A stretch of 64,000 nucleotides of DNA from an uncultured Collinsella sp. (GCA_900543515.1 UQRW01000001.1:47134-111133); one strand, 5' to 3'. Positions 1 through 10,552 are shown, numbered from the stretch's first letter. Notes: a model not told the origin generated them from the sequence alone. Program-made: numbers and translations.

Positions 1-3000
1 GCAACGTCGAAGCGTTCGCGCTGCTCCGGCGTCAGGCGCCACAAGCGCGCCAGTGCATCGGCACGCGCGGCGGGCAGCGCATCGGAACCCATCTCGATCA
101 GCCACTGGCAGGCGGCATGGAACGCCGAGCCCAGCGCCATGGGGTTGCCGGCGGGCTCGACAGCGGCCACGTCCGCATCCGTCATCTCGGAACCATCCGA
201 CTCCGCATCATCGCCAGCCTCGTCCATGGGCACACGCGCCTCGGCGGCACGGTCTTCTGTCTCGGCATGGAGCGCCGCGGCGATTGACGAGTAGCTATAC
301 GAGTCACGCACCGGAAATGGACAGATGCCCATGCGCACGCCCACTGCCTGGGGATACACAAGCTCAAACGAATCGGGCTTGGGGTCGGCAGGACCAGGGA
401 CGATTGTACTGGCCGAATCGTCGGCAGCATCTGCATCGGCATCGCCGCGGACAAGCCTGCCCTCGACATCCAGCGAAGCGTTGGCCTCAAACGCCTGCTC
501 GCCAAAGGTAAAGCCCGCGAGCGAGATGAGCTCGTAGTCGCCCGGCTTGGAGTTGTCGAACACCAAACGGTCGCTATCGAGCTGCGGCATGTCCAGAGCG
601 TCCGTCGGCAGAATGCGGCGCAGGACATCGTAGGTCAGATCCGTCTCGACATCGAAGGTCGGCGCCGCCACCTTGCCGCGGCTCACGCCGGCATCCATCG
701 CCAAGATCACCAGCTCGCGCGCACGCGTCATGGCGACATAGAGCAGACGAGCCCGCTCCTCGAGCGAAAGCTGCAGGTCGTCGTTGCGCAGGCGAACGAA
801 TGCCTCGGCGGGAGAACCCGTCGCGCAGACATCCTCCATGAGCTCCGGCGGTAGCCACAGCGACGTGCCCTTGCCCTTAAACGCGTGCTCAAACTGCTTT
901 TTGACGTCGTCGCCCTTCACAAAGGTTCCGTCGGTGAGCTTAACGCCGTCGAAGCGTGCCGGCAGCGCCACGACCTGCGCTCCTCCCTCGACGCGACCCA
1001 TCTGTGCCGCACCCGAGGGCTTACGCACGCCAAAGCACTCGGCGACCGCCACGACCGGATATTCCAGACCCTTAGAGGCGTGAACCGTCATGATGCGCAC
1101 CGCGCCGTCGCCCTCCTCGTTGAGGGCACCCGGGGCTTCCTTGCCCGCCAAGAAGCGGTCGAAGGCCAGCGCGATGGAACGCGGCGAGTTACCGAACTCG
1201 GCCTCCGCCTCGGCCACGGCGTCGAGCGCCTTGAGCACGTTGGCGGCAATGGCCTTGCCTTCGGGACCGCGCTGTGCCAGACGCACAAACCAGCCGGAGG
1301 CGTTGACCACGTCGCGCGCGATGGCGGCGAACGAATCGCGGCCCACGCGACGAAGCGCATACCGCAGCACCTCGCGGGCGCGCGTCACCAGCGGCAAGTC
1401 TTGCAAACCCGGCACGTCGAAATCACTCATGATGCCCGCATCGATGTTGCGGCGCGACGTCTCGCCTGTCTGCTCGTCGAGTTTGGTCGCCAGCGCCAGG
1501 AACTCCTGGGCGCCGAGCGCAAACATCGGCGAGGCGAGCAGCGGCATAAGGCCCTGCGCCGTATCGGCCGGATTGGCGAGCGCACATACCAGGGCGCGCA
1601 CCGTCTGCACCTCGGCTGCCTGGGCAAAGACCGAACCACCCGCGATGACGCAGTCGAGCCCCTGGTCGCGGAAGGCCTGGGCGTAGACGTCGGCGTTGGT
1701 CATGCGGCCCAGCAGCAGCACCATGCCGCCCTGGGGCTGGCCGGCATCGGCAAGCGCGCGGAATCGCTCGGCGATCGCACGGGCCTTGGCCTGTGTGCGT
1801 TCCTGCGTACTGCCGCCGGCAACAAAGAGGGCCTGGCGACGCGAGGCGTCTGCCACCAGCGTGTCCTTGCGGCCGTCGCTCGCCTCAAGATCCAAAAAGC
1901 CCTGCATCAGGCCGCCGTCATCGCCGTCGAAGACGCGTGCCACGTAACGCAGTACCTCGTCGTGGCTGCGGAAGTTGCGCACGAGTTTGACGAGTTCGCC
2001 GGCAGGGGCGTCGACCACGGCAGTCGCCTCGGGCGCGGCAGACGAGCCCACCTTGCGCTCCTGACGACGGAACACCTCGACCTCGGCGCCACGGAAGCGA
2101 TAGATGGACTGCTGCGCATCGCCCACGGTGCACAGCGCGCGCTCCCCCGCACCCGTCAGGTAACGGATCAGATCGACCTGCATCTGGTCGGTATCCTGAA
2201 ACTCATCGATCATGACCATCTTAAAGCGGCCCTCGTACGCAGCACGGATGGCAGGGTAATCGCGCAGGGCCTCGTAAGCCATACGCAGCAGGTCGTTATT
2301 ATCGAGGGCGGACTGGGCAGCCTTCAGCGCGCGATACTCGGCCTCCACGGAACGGGCCAGGCCCACCAACGCATCGAGCGCCGGGCCACCACAGGCAAGC
2401 ACGATATTGATAAACGCATCGGCGGCCTCGGCCTTGAGCAGCTCGACCTGCTCCTTGGGGAACGCCTTGCTCGCGCGCGGCATGGTGCACGACATCATGA
2501 GTCGCGCCGCATCGACCATGGTCTTGTCGCTCGCCTCGAACGCGTCGATGGCATCGAGCGCCGCCTGCGCCTTCTCGGTCGAGGACTTGCTTGCGCCCAG
2601 CGCCGCGCGATAGGCATCGGCGAGTGCCGAGGTATCGGCCTGGCCGCGCGCCACGCGCACGTCGTCCATACCGCCCGACAACTGGCTCGACAGCTCCAGC
2701 AGGTCGCGCACCAGGCCCTTGATGGTCGTGCCGGTGCCAAAGGAACCGCCCTCGCCCGCCATGGGATACCAGGCATAGAGGGCCTTGAGCGATGCCGCGA
2801 GCTCGGGGGCGGCATCGGGTGCCGTCGCGCGGGCCAGCACGTGCTCAACAGCCTGGTCCATAAGCTCGTCGGTATCGGTGAGCACCGTGAACTCGGGGTC
2901 GATGCCCAGCTCCAGCGCATGCGCGCGCAGGATACGCGAGCACATGCCGTGAATGGTCGAGATCCACGCGTCGTCGACGGTCAGTGCTTCCTCGTCCATG

Positions 3001-3245
3001 CCCTCGTCGATAAGCGCACGGCGCACGCGGTCACGGATCTCGGCCGCGGCGTCTTTGGTAAAGGTAATGGCGAGTACCTGGTCCAGATGCTCGACGAACG
3101 GACCGGATTCGGGCGAGAGCGCGTAGACGATGCGGCGCGTGAGGGTAAAGGTCTTGCCCGAACCGGCGCCCGCCGAGACAAACAGCGGACGGTCGAGCGT
3201 TTTGACAATCTGCAGCTGTTGCGGCATCAAAGTCGAAAGATCCAT
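1..3245 (-). CDS. addA: AddA/RexA-like UvrD-family helicase-nuclease subunit A; partial, C-terminus beyond window start
   Basis: Minus-strand frame open from the ATG at 3245 to position 1 with no stop, so it is absent from the ORF track, which needs an in-window stop. The N-terminus translates to MDLSTLMPQQLQIVKTLDRPLFVSAGAGSGKT (Walker A); later motifs look UvrD-like. It sits immediately downstream of addB in the Bacillus-type addB-addA order. The plus ORF 885..4919 is its antisense shadow. Confidence 0.7.
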   Translation of the reverse strand, partial: MDLSTLMPQQLQIVKTLDRPLFVSAGAGSGKTFTLTRRIVYALSPESGPFVEHLDQVLAITFTKDAAAEIRDRVRRALIDEGMDEEALTVDDAWISTIHGMCSRILRAHALELGIDPEFTVLTDTDELMDQAVEHVLARATAPDAAPELAASLKALYAWYPMAGEGGSFGTGTTIKGLVRDLLELSSQLSGGMDDVRVARGQADTSALADAYRAALGASKSSTEKAQAALDAIDAFEASDKTMVDAARLMMSCTMPRASKAFPKEQVELLKAEAADAFINIVLACGGPALDALVGLARSVEAEYRALKAAQSALDNNDLLRMAYEALRDYPAIRAAYEGRFKMVMIDEFQDTDQMQVDLIRYLTGAGERALCTVGDAQQSIYRFRGAEVEVFRRQERKVGSSAAPEATAVVDAPAGELVKLVRNFRSHDEVLRYVARVFDGDDGGLMQGFLDLEASDGRKDTLVADASRRQALFVAGGSTQERTQAKARAIAERFRALADAGQPQGGMVLLLGRMTNADVYAQAFRDQGLDCVIAGGSVFAQAAEVQTVRALVCALANPADTAQGLMPLLASPMFALGAQEFLALATKLDEQTGETSRRNIDAGIMSDFDVPGLQDLPLVTRAREVLRYALRRVGRDSFAAIARDVVNASGWFVRLAQRGPEGKAIAANVLKALDAVAEAEAEFGNSPRSIALAFDRFLAGKEAPGALNEEGDGAVRIMTVHASKGLEYPVVAVAECFGVRKPSGAAQMGRVEGGAQVVALPARFDGVKLTDGTFVKGDDVKKQFEHAFKGKGTSLWLPPELMEDVCATGSPAEAFVRLRNDDLQLSLEERARLLYVAMTRARELVILAMDAGVSRGKVAAPTFDVETDLTYDVLRRILPTDALDMPQLDSDRLVFDNSKPGDYELISLAGFTFGEQAFEANASLDVEGRLVRGDADADAADDSASTIVPGPADPKPDSFELVYPQAVGVRMGICPFPVRDSYSYSSIAAALHAETEDRAAEARVPMDEAGDDAESDGSEMTDADVAAVEPAGNPMALGSAFHAACQWLIEMGSDALPAARADALARLWRLTPEQRERFDV

Positions 3246-3248
3246 GGT

Positions 3249-6200
3249 CTACACGTCCCTCCTTACAAACGTTCCTTCGTGGTTATACGAGCAGCGCGCA
3301 TGCGCGGCCTGAGCCGACGTCGGGTCGACGGCGGCAACGTTGCCCGTCTCGAGCTCGCACAGGCGCTCGGCGATGCCGGCCTCAACGCGATCGAGCAGGG
3401 CGTCGAAGTCCATGCTGCCACCCTCGCCGGGGAAACCTTTCTTAAGGCCCGGGATGCGACCGTCGCCGCGCTCTTCCTCGAGCAGCTCGGCGCTCGCGGC
3501 ACCGCGCAACGCCGGCTTGCCGCCCTTGGTCGAAAAGTAGAGCGCCGCGCGGGTGTCCAAATCCAGCGCCCGGCGCATGGCCTGGGCGTAGATGAGCGTT
3601 TGGGTATGTGGTGGCAACCAGCGCGGATCGTCGATGGGCGCCGTGCCCGATTCCTCGTCGCGCACCGTAGGGTCGGCGAGCTTAAACTCCTCAACGCCAG
3701 TGCGATGCTTGTAGTCGATCACCACGGCACGATTCTCGGCGTCCACGTCCACGCGGTCGATGCGCCCGCCAAGCGGCCAACCGGCATACTCGACCTTGAG
3801 CTCGTTGAAGGCGAACTCCAGGTAGCGTGGCGCAAAGGGGGCAAGTGCCTCGGACTCGTAGGCGAGCACGCCTTCCAGCTGCGGCAGAATCTCGGCCACC
3901 TGACGTTCCTCTACCGGAGAGAGCGGCACGAGCGGACCCTCGGCACCGCGCTTGCCGGCGTGCTCGGCCAAGGTCTCGTCAAAGACCTCGCGCAGCAGCT
4001 CCTGTGCGCGCGGCAGGTTCTCGGGCGTCACGCGCTCCATGCCCTCTTGGGGCAGACGGGCATGCAGATGCTCCAGCACGTCGTGGACAAAGTTGCCCTT
4101 CTCCATGTTGCCAAAGCCCGCGTCGATAGACTGGGGCTTGACGCGATACGACACGAACCAGCACAGCGGGCACGTCGAATACGCCTCAATCTGCGAGGCG
4201 GACGTCAGACGCGGCACGAGCGGCGCGTCCTCGCCCTCGCCATCGCGACGGCGCAGGACCAGATACGGAATGGCTTCATCGCTCAGATGCTGAGGAGCTT
4301 CGCAGGTCACGCGCTCGCGCCTAAAACCTTCGCCTGCAGCGGGATCAAAGTCGGCGATGATATCGCCCTCGCCCACGCGCGTGGGCCTGGCAGCGCCAGC
4401 GGCCTCGGCATGTGCCCGCAGCTCGGTCCATACGGCTGCCGGGTAGCACTCGCGCGCCTGGCGATCGTGTGTCACGCGGGCAAGCGCGACCGGACCGCTC
4501 GTCGCCTGCATTGCACGGCCAAAGCGCACGCGCAGCAGGGCGGCGGGCTCCAAAGACACGCCGTCGCGGCGCAGCTCGGCCGTCAACGTGGCAAGCGGGC
4601 CCTCTTCATGCGAAAGCGGATAGCTGTCCAGGTCGACATCGGCAAACAGCACGGCATCGTAGCCGCCAGGACGCAAAACCGACGCATCGGCAAGCGACAC
4701 GAAGCGCACTTGCGCCCGTGGCGTGCGGTCGACCTCGTAGGTCTCGTAATCGTAAGCGGTGCTGCGCTTGTCCACCTTAGTTCGAACGCCGTCGAGAACC
4801 GGCACGGTCGCGGCCTGCGACACGTCAAGCGCGCGAGCATCGTTCATAAGGATGTCGATGGCATGGCGCAGCAGAGCCGTCTCTGCCTGGCGACGGGCCT
4901 GGCCGTCAAGGCCGCCTAGGGCGCGATCGGGCAGCGCCTCGGCAACGGCGAGCATGGCCTTGAGCGCCGTCACGGGTTTGTCGCGCCACAGCGCCTGAAA
5001 CACGTCCGAGACCACGCATGGCACGTTCTTAAACCAGTTATCTTCGCTAGCGGCCTTGCGGGCGCCCCTCACCTGGCCCTGCACGCTCTGCAGCAGGCTC
5101 TTGACGCCCGCAGTGGTTTTGTTGCGCGACAGGCGCATGTTCTTGTCGAAGCCGCGGGCGCTCGCGGCGTCGGCACCCGAAAGCGGGCTATAAATCCAGT
5201 CGGTAAGCTCTGAAGCGGGCCACCACTCGGTCTTGGAAGCGGTGCCCTCGTCGGCGGCTTTCATACGCTCGATCAGGTTGGCGAGCGCCGTAAACTGCCT
5301 GCCCGCGATGGACTGGGAAAACGCCGTGAACTCAGTCGTCTCGGCCGCAATGTGACGCGCCGCCAGACGAGAGGCGAGTTCGCCGAACAGCTGGGGTGCC
5401 CGGGCAGAAACAACGAGCACGCGCACGGGGTCGGCAGAAGCGCCGTCGACCTCGGAACCCCGGCACGTTTTTACCAGATCATCAATTGCGTCCGCATAAG
5501 CATGAGCACGGGCATGGGGGCCAGCGACCTCAATAAAGGCAGGCTGAGCGGCGGTCCCGTAAGCGGCATCAGACGCGCCGACACCCTCCCCTAGCGGCGC
5601 GATCTCAAACAACACATCGCGTGCATCAAATGCCGTGGCAAGCTCCTCGCGCATCGCCGCCTGCTCGCGGGCAAGCAGCACGACGACCTCTCCCCCATTG
5701 TTCGCCACGGCAGACAGCAGCTCGAGCAGACCGTGCGTAAACGACGTGATACCGCGCACGCATACGGCGCGAGTGCACGCCGGCAGGCTATCGGCCAGGA
5801 CACTGGTCATAATGTCAGCTGCCTCGCAGGGCTCAACCATATCTCGACGGTCCAAACCGCCCGCGTAGGCGCGCAAAAGCTCGAACACACGAGCCTCGGC
5901 ATCGCTTTTTGGCTCAGGCTGGCAGTTGTCGCCACGGCATCGTTCGGCACCCGTCCCCGCAACGCCCGGCAACACGTCGCGGGCCATGCGCGCGAGCATG
6001 CGCACTGTGCCCTGGCTGCGCGAAAGCGGCTGCAGATCGGCATCGTCGAGACGCGTGACCATGTCCGAGAACAGCATCTGGCGCTGCAGGTTGTCGACGA
6101 AACCGCGCCCGTCGCCCAAAAGCTCCCAAAGCGAGCGAAGCCACGATGTAGACGTCTTGTAGTCGATACCCAGCGAAACGCCGGCTTCCGCCGCATCATG

Positions 6201-6338
6201 ACGGCACAGGTCGAGCTCGGCAAACGTAGGTGCCAGCAACACGGCACGCCCGTGGCGGACAATAAGGTCGGCAAGCAGCGCCGACTCGGCATCGCTCAAA
6301 TCCGTGCCGGCATTGGTGGTATAGATTCGAACAGGCAT
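3249..6338 (-). CDS. addB: AddB/RexB-like helicase-nuclease subunit B with PD-(D/E)XK nuclease domain and Fe-S Cys ligands
   Basis: 1029-aa ORF with a GGAGGA RBS before the ATG at 6338. The C-terminal RecB-type nuclease motif reads GRIDRVDVD...VVIDYK. Cysteines flank the nuclease domain (CPLCW ... CSYNHEG), as in the AddB iron-sulfur cluster. The stop lies 3 nt from the addA start. Confidence 0.7.
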   Translation of the reverse strand: MPVRIYTTNAGTDLSDAESALLADLIVRHGRAVLLAPTFAELDLCRHDAAEAGVSLGIDYKTSTSWLRSLWELLGDGRGFVDNLQRQMLFSDMVTRLDDADLQPLSRSQGTVRMLARMARDVLPGVAGTGAERCRGDNCQPEPKSDAEARVFELLRAYAGGLDRRDMVEPCEAADIMTSVLADSLPACTRAVCVRGITSFTHGLLELLSAVANNGGEVVVLLAREQAAMREELATAFDARDVLFEIAPLGEGVGASDAAYGTAAQPAFIEVAGPHARAHAYADAIDDLVKTCRGSEVDGASADPVRVLVVSARAPQLFGELASRLAARHIAAETTEFTAFSQSIAGRQFTALANLIERMKAADEGTASKTEWWPASELTDWIYSPLSGADAASARGFDKNMRLSRNKTTAGVKSLLQSVQGQVRGARKAASEDNWFKNVPCVVSDVFQALWRDKPVTALKAMLAVAEALPDRALGGLDGQARRQAETALLRHAIDILMNDARALDVSQAATVPVLDGVRTKVDKRSTAYDYETYEVDRTPRAQVRFVSLADASVLRPGGYDAVLFADVDLDSYPLSHEEGPLATLTAELRRDGVSLEPAALLRVRFGRAMQATSGPVALARVTHDRQARECYPAAVWTELRAHAEAAGAARPTRVGEGDIIADFDPAAGEGFRRERVTCEAPQHLSDEAIPYLVLRRRDGEGEDAPLVPRLTSASQIEAYSTCPLCWFVSYRVKPQSIDAGFGNMEKGNFVHDVLEHLHARLPQEGMERVTPENLPRAQELLREVFDETLAEHAGKRGAEGPLVPLSPVEERQVAEILPQLEGVLAYESEALAPFAPRYLEFAFNELKVEYAGWPLGGRIDRVDVDAENRAVVIDYKHRTGVEEFKLADPTVRDEESGTAPIDDPRWLPPHTQTLIYAQAMRRALDLDTRAALYFSTKGGKPALRGAASAELLEEERGDGRIPGLKKGFPGEGGSMDFDALLDRVEAGIAERLCELETGNVAAVDPTSAQAAHARCSYNHEGTFVRRDV

Positions 6339-6470
6339 GGTCCTCCGCTCAAACTGTTCGCAATAATCAATGCATCCATCCTACCCGCCCACGCGGACAC
6401 ATTGCCACCACAGCTCCATCTTTTGGTACAAAGCAACCTGGCCCCAACGAACCAGCCGATTGCGGGCATA

Positions 6471-6500
6471 TAAAAACCGCCCCCGGAGGAGCGGTTTTGC
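6471..6500 (-). terminator. Hairpin AAAACCGC/GCGGTTTT downstream of the YerC-like gene
   Basis: 8-bp stem; on the minus strand it is followed by TTTTTAT. Confidence 0.4.
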
Positions 6501-6522
6501 ACAATTCGTTTTTGTCGCCGGC

Positions 6523-6822
6523 CTACTCGCCATCCTCCAACTTAATGAGGATCTTGCGGTAGCCACCGTACTCGCCGTTCAGCGCCTTTGAAACGCGGCT
6601 CACCGTGGTGGACGAAGCGCCGGTACGGGCCTGAACCTCAACATAAGGCTCGCCCTCGTCCAAATAGCGCGCAACCTGCAAACGCTGAGAAAGGTCGCAA
6701 ATCTCGCGCGGCGTGCAGATATCGGTCAAAAACGCTTGGATATCCTTCTCGTCGTCCAAAAGGCTAAATGCGTGGACCAGCTGCTTGACATCAGGCTTGT
6801 CAAACATGTTCTCGATATTCAT
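6523..6822 (-). CDS. YerC/YecD-family TrpR-like DNA-binding protein
   Basis: 99 aa, MNIENMFDKPDVKQLVHAFSLL...DICTPREICDLSQRLQVARYL...; typical of the YerC/YecD (Trp-repressor-like) small-protein family. Confidence 0.6.
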   Translation of the reverse strand: MNIENMFDKPDVKQLVHAFSLLDDEKDIQAFLTDICTPREICDLSQRLQVARYLDEGEPYVEVQARTGASSTTVSRVSKALNGEYGGYRKILIKLEDGE

Positions 6823-7146
6823 CGATCACCGCCAAACCCGCCAAAAGGCATCGAAGTTGATACTGACATCGGGCATCGTTCGCCCGTTCTATGCAATAGG
6901 GCAACGCCTGTGGCTTTTGCCCGTAGCAGTGTAGCACACCACCAAACTAAAGCGACAAGACTCTCTGCCAGCGGCGCGTTTTTCAGGACGAACGCCGTTT
7001 TGAAATCGAATGCGCACGTAAGCTCCACGAATATTTGCGACAATGGGCGTCCAGGCAAGGATCCGCGTTCGCGCAGCCGTCCAAGTCGCCACGGCAAGCT
7101 GCTTCACGCGTCACTAACTCTCCCCGCGCAAGAAAGGACCCCTACC

Positions 7147-7512
7147 ATGCGCTTTATGCTTAACTGGCTCTTTACTTCGATCGCCATCGCGATCGCCACG
7201 TTCCTCGTCCCCGGCATCCAACCCTTCGGTTTTGCCGAGGCCTGGGTCTGCTTTGCCTTTGTGGGACTGTTCCTCAACATCGTCGATTCGCTCGTCAAGC
7301 CGTTCCTGACGGTCATCTCACTGCCGCTCACTATTATTACGCTTGGTATTTTTCAGCTCGTAGTCAACAGCTTTATGCTCGAGCTGGCCAGCTACCTGTC
7401 GGTCAATCTGCTGGGCGCGGGTATCTCCATCGCCAGCTTCGGATCGGCCTTTATGGGCAGCATCCTGGTATCCATCATGCGCAGCATTCTGGACAGCATC
7501 GCCGAGGGCTAA
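7147..7512 (+). CDS. Phage_holin_4_2-like (mycobacterial 4-TMS holin superfamily IV) small membrane protein
   Basis: ATG at 7147 preceded by AAAGGA. The 121-aa product MRFMLNWLFTSIAIAIATFLVPGIQ...SLPLTIITLGIFQLVVNSFMLEL has four predicted TM helices and PF04020-like motifs (LVPGI, PLTI.TLGIF). Confidence 0.55.
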   Translation: MRFMLNWLFTSIAIAIATFLVPGIQPFGFAEAWVCFAFVGLFLNIVDSLVKPFLTVISLPLTIITLGIFQLVVNSFMLELASYLSVNLLGAGISIASFGSAFMGSILVSIMRSILDSIAEG

Positions 7513-7549
7513 AACTGTTCAATACGAACCGTCATATCGACCCAAAACA

Positions 7550-7587
7550 AAGGCCGCCCATCGCAAAAATGGGCGGCCTTCTTATTT
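7550..7587. terminator. Rho-independent terminator between convergent genes
   Basis: AAGGCCGCCCA-tcgcaaaaa-TGGGCGGCCTT followed by CTTATTT; it sits between the holin-like gene (+) and the Rrf2 gene (-). Confidence 0.6.
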
Positions 7588-7649
7588 GCCAAGTCTCAAA
7601 GGACGAGAGGATCTACCATTTCTACCCCGTCCCCAAATGCAGGTGTGGG

Positions 7650-8078
7650 TTAGATGACGTAGTCGTAGCCATGGTTGGGAGCGACAAGTTGATCGAGCGT
7701 CACGCCGTCGAGGTAGTCGTTGATGAGCTTGTCCAAGTTCTTCCACACGTCGAGCGTGGGGCACTCGTCCGAACGCGAACAGCCCTTGCAGTCGCCGTCC
7801 AAGCATGCGACCGGCGCCAGACTACCCTCGGTCAGGCGCAGGATCTCGCCCACCGTGTACTGCTCGGGCGGGCGCGTGAGCACGTAGCCGCCGCCCTTGC
7901 CACGCATGCCCGAGAGCATGTTGGCACGTACGAGCGTAGCCAAAATGTTCTCGAGATATTTCTCGGAAATCCCCTGTCGCGCCGCGATCTCTTTGAGCGG
8001 GATGCGACCGGCCGCCTGGTGCTCGGCCAGGTCGACCATAACGCGCAGGGCATATCTGCCCTTAGTGGAAACCAACAT
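7650..8078 (-). CDS. Rrf2-family transcriptional regulator (CymR/IscR-like) with three Cys ligands
   Basis: 142 aa with the Rrf2 N-terminal wHTH (MLVSTKGRYALRVMVDLAEHQ) and CLDGDCKGCSRSDEC. Divergently arranged with cysK, like B. subtilis cymR. Confidence 0.75.
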   Translation of the reverse strand: MLVSTKGRYALRVMVDLAEHQAAGRIPLKEIAARQGISEKYLENILATLVRANMLSGMRGKGGGYVLTRPPEQYTVGEILRLTEGSLAPVACLDGDCKGCSRSDECPTLDVWKNLDKLINDYLDGVTLDQLVAPNHGYDYVI

Positions 8079-8331
8079 GTATAGTGCTGCCTTTCGGTCA
8101 TTTAGTCCGTAGAAATTCTAGCCGAAAAATTGGTTTTGAAAATACCCATTCCCGTCAAGATGGTTAATCGACTCGTAATAATCTTCTATTTCCTATTGCG
8201 TTACTAGGCTTTAGTGTCTACTATGCTTGCCAACGGCAAAACGAACAACCTATAAGGTTTGTGGGTTTCGCTGCTACACACACCGTAAAACCACACGGTA
8301 TCCAGTCATTTGAACACTTTGGAGGTTCATC

Positions 8332-9270
8332 ATGAGCAAGGTTTACACGTCCATCGATCAGCTTATCGGCCACACCCCGCTTCTGGAGGTCACTCACTTT
8401 GAGGCCGATGAGGACCTCAAGGCCCGCGTGCTCGTCAAGCTGGAATACTTCAACCCCGCCGGCTCCGTCAAAGACCGCGTCGCCAAGAACATGATCGACG
8501 AGGCCGAGAAGGCCGGCAAGCTCGTGCGCGGCGGCGACTACACCATCATCGAGCCCACGAGCGGCAACACCGGCGTCGGCATCGCCTCGGTGGCGGCCGC
8601 CCGCGGCTACAAGGTGATCATCACCATGCCCGAGACCATGTCCGTCGAGCGCCGCAAGCTGATGCAGGCATACGGTGCGCAGCTCGTGCTCACCGACGGC
8701 TCCAAGGGCATGAAGGGCGCTATCGCCAAGGCAGAGGAACTGCAGAAGGAGACTCCCAACAGCATCATCGCCGGCCAGTTTGTGAACCCCGCCAACCCCG
8801 CCATCCACAAGGCCACGACCGGCCCCGAGATCTGGGACGACACCGACGGCAAGGTCGACATCTTCGTCGCCGGCGTCGGCACCGGTGGTACCGTGACCGG
8901 CGTGGGCGAGTTCCTCAAGGAGCAGAACCCCGAGATTAAGGTCGTCGCCGTCGAGCCCGCCACCTCCCCGGTGCTCTCCAAGGGCCAGGCCGGCCCGCAC
9001 AAGATCCAGGGTATCGGTGCCGGCTTTGTGCCCGACGTCCTCGACACCCAGGTCTACGACGAGATCATCCCCGTCGAGAACGACGACGCCTTTGCCACCG
9101 GCCGCGCCGTGGGCCACAAGGAGGGCGTGCTCGTGGGCATTTCGTCCGGCGCCGCCGTGTGGGCCGCACTGCAGCTGGCCAAGCGCCCCGAGAACGAGGG
9201 CAAGACCATCGTGGCGCTGCTCGCTGACACCGGCGAGCGCTACCTGTCCACGGCGCTTTTCCAGGACTAG
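8332..9270 (+). CDS. cysK: Cysteine synthase A (O-acetylserine sulfhydrylase)
   Basis: 312 aa; carries the PLP-lysine motif (NPAGSVKDR) and the TSGNTG and GTGGT motifs. RBS GGAGG before the ATG. Confidence 0.9.
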   Translation: MSKVYTSIDQLIGHTPLLEVTHFEADEDLKARVLVKLEYFNPAGSVKDRVAKNMIDEAEKAGKLVRGGDYTIIEPTSGNTGVGIASVAAARGYKVIITMPETMSVERRKLMQAYGAQLVLTDGSKGMKGAIAKAEELQKETPNSIIAGQFVNPANPAIHKATTGPEIWDDTDGKVDIFVAGVGTGGTVTGVGEFLKEQNPEIKVVAVEPATSPVLSKGQAGPHKIQGIGAGFVPDVLDTQVYDEIIPVENDDAFATGRAVGHKEGVLVGISSGAAVWAALQLAKRPENEGKTIVALLADTGERYLSTALFQD

Positions 9271-9383
9271 GGCCCACTGCCAAGCCGATGAGCTCAAGGC
9301 ACGCCGGTTTCTCCTCTCTTCTGGCGACCTGAGCCCATCTCGTTAGGGCGTCCCACGAAGCACCCGAACTTGTTACAATGTCT

Positions 9384-9422
9384 GCGGCGCGGAACCAGCC
9401 TCCCGCGCCGCTTTTCTTTTTT
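9384..9422 (+). terminator. Rho-independent terminator after cysK
   Basis: GCGGCGCGG-aaccagcctc-CCGCGCCGC followed by TTTTCTTTTTT. Confidence 0.65.
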
Positions 9423-9451
9423 GGCCGCATGCCACCAAGGAGAACCTCCCC

Positions 9452-10552
9452 ATGCACAACAAGCGCGTGCTCGTCGCCATGAGCGGCGGCGTCGATTCCA
9501 GCGTGACCGCGTACCTGCTCAAAAGCCAGGGCTACGAATGCGTCGGCGCCACCATGCGCCTCACCTGCCCCGCGCCCGATCCCGTCACGGGCATGAGCAA
9601 AGTCGACCGCGACATCGCCGACGCGAAGGCCGTTGCCGAGCGGCTAGGGATGCCCCACCACGTGCTCGACCTGCAGCAGACGTTCGACCGCAGCGTGATC
9701 GAGCGCTTTGTGACCGCCTACCAGGAAGGGCTAACGCCCAATCCGTGCATCATCTGCAACCGCCACATTAAGTTTGGCGCGCTGCTGGACGCTGCGCTAA
9801 ATATGGGCTGCGACTATATCGCCACGGGCCATTACGCCAAGACGAGCCAAGCGCCCGACGGCACCTGGCAGCTGCACCGCGGCGAAGATCCCAAAAAGGA
9901 CCAAAGCTACTTTTTGTATTCGCTTACGCAAGAACGCCTCACGCACACGATCTTTCCGCTGGCGGGCCTGGATAAGGAACGCGACGTGCGCCGCATTGCC
10001 GCCGAGCAGGGCTTTGCCAACGCCAAGAAGGCCGAAAGCGAGGACATCTGCTTTATTCCCGACGGCGACTACGCAGGCTATATCGAGCGCCGCTGCGGGC
10101 GCCCCGCCGCACCGGGCGACATCGTATGGCGCGACGGCAGCGTGGTTGGGCGCCACAACGGCGCGCTGCGCTATACCATCGGCCAGCGCAAGGGCCTGGG
10201 CGTCGCAATGGCACATCCCGTGTACGTGACGGGCGTCGACGCCGCCAACAACACCGTGCATCTGGGCGAAGCCGAGGACCTGACGGCCACCGCGCTCACG
10301 GCCAACGACTGGATCTGGAGCGCCCCTGCCGCGCGCATGGAGGCCGAGCTTGACGCCGGCGGCATTCGCGTGGGCGCCAAATACCGCTACCGTCAAAAGG
10401 ACCAGGCAGCAACCCTTACACGTGGCGCCGACGGGCAAATGCTGCTGACTTTTGACGAGCCGCAGCGAGCCATCGCCCCCGGCCAGGCAGTCGTTATCTA
10501 CCGCGGCGACGTCGTCTTGGGTGGCGGCACCGTTACGGCAGCTATCAAGTAG
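9452..10552 (+). CDS. mnmA: tRNA-specific 2-thiouridylase MnmA
   Basis: 366 aa; PP-loop SGGVDSS near the N-terminus and catalytic Cys residues. RBS AAGGAG. Confidence 0.9.
   Translation: MHNKRVLVAMSGGVDSSVTAYLLKSQGYECVGATMRLTCPAPDPVTGMSKVDRDIADAKAVAERLGMPHHVLDLQQTFDRSVIERFVTAYQEGLTPNPCIICNRHIKFGALLDAALNMGCDYIATGHYAKTSQAPDGTWQLHRGEDPKKDQSYFLYSLTQERLTHTIFPLAGLDKERDVRRIAAEQGFANAKKAESEDICFIPDGDYAGYIERRCGRPAAPGDIVWRDGSVVGRHNGALRYTIGQRKGLGVAMAHPVYVTGVDAANNTVHLGEAEDLTATALTANDWIWSAPAARMEAELDAGGIRVGAKYRYRQKDQAATLTRGADGQMLLTFDEPQRAIAPGQAVVIYRGDVVLGGGTVTAAIK

Noticed and set aside
885-4919. 1344-aa plus-strand ORF
   Set aside because: Antisense shadow of addA/addB in high-GC DNA; Arg/Ala/Gly/Leu-rich with no motifs. 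The minus-strand genes have clear helicase and nuclease motifs and RBSs.
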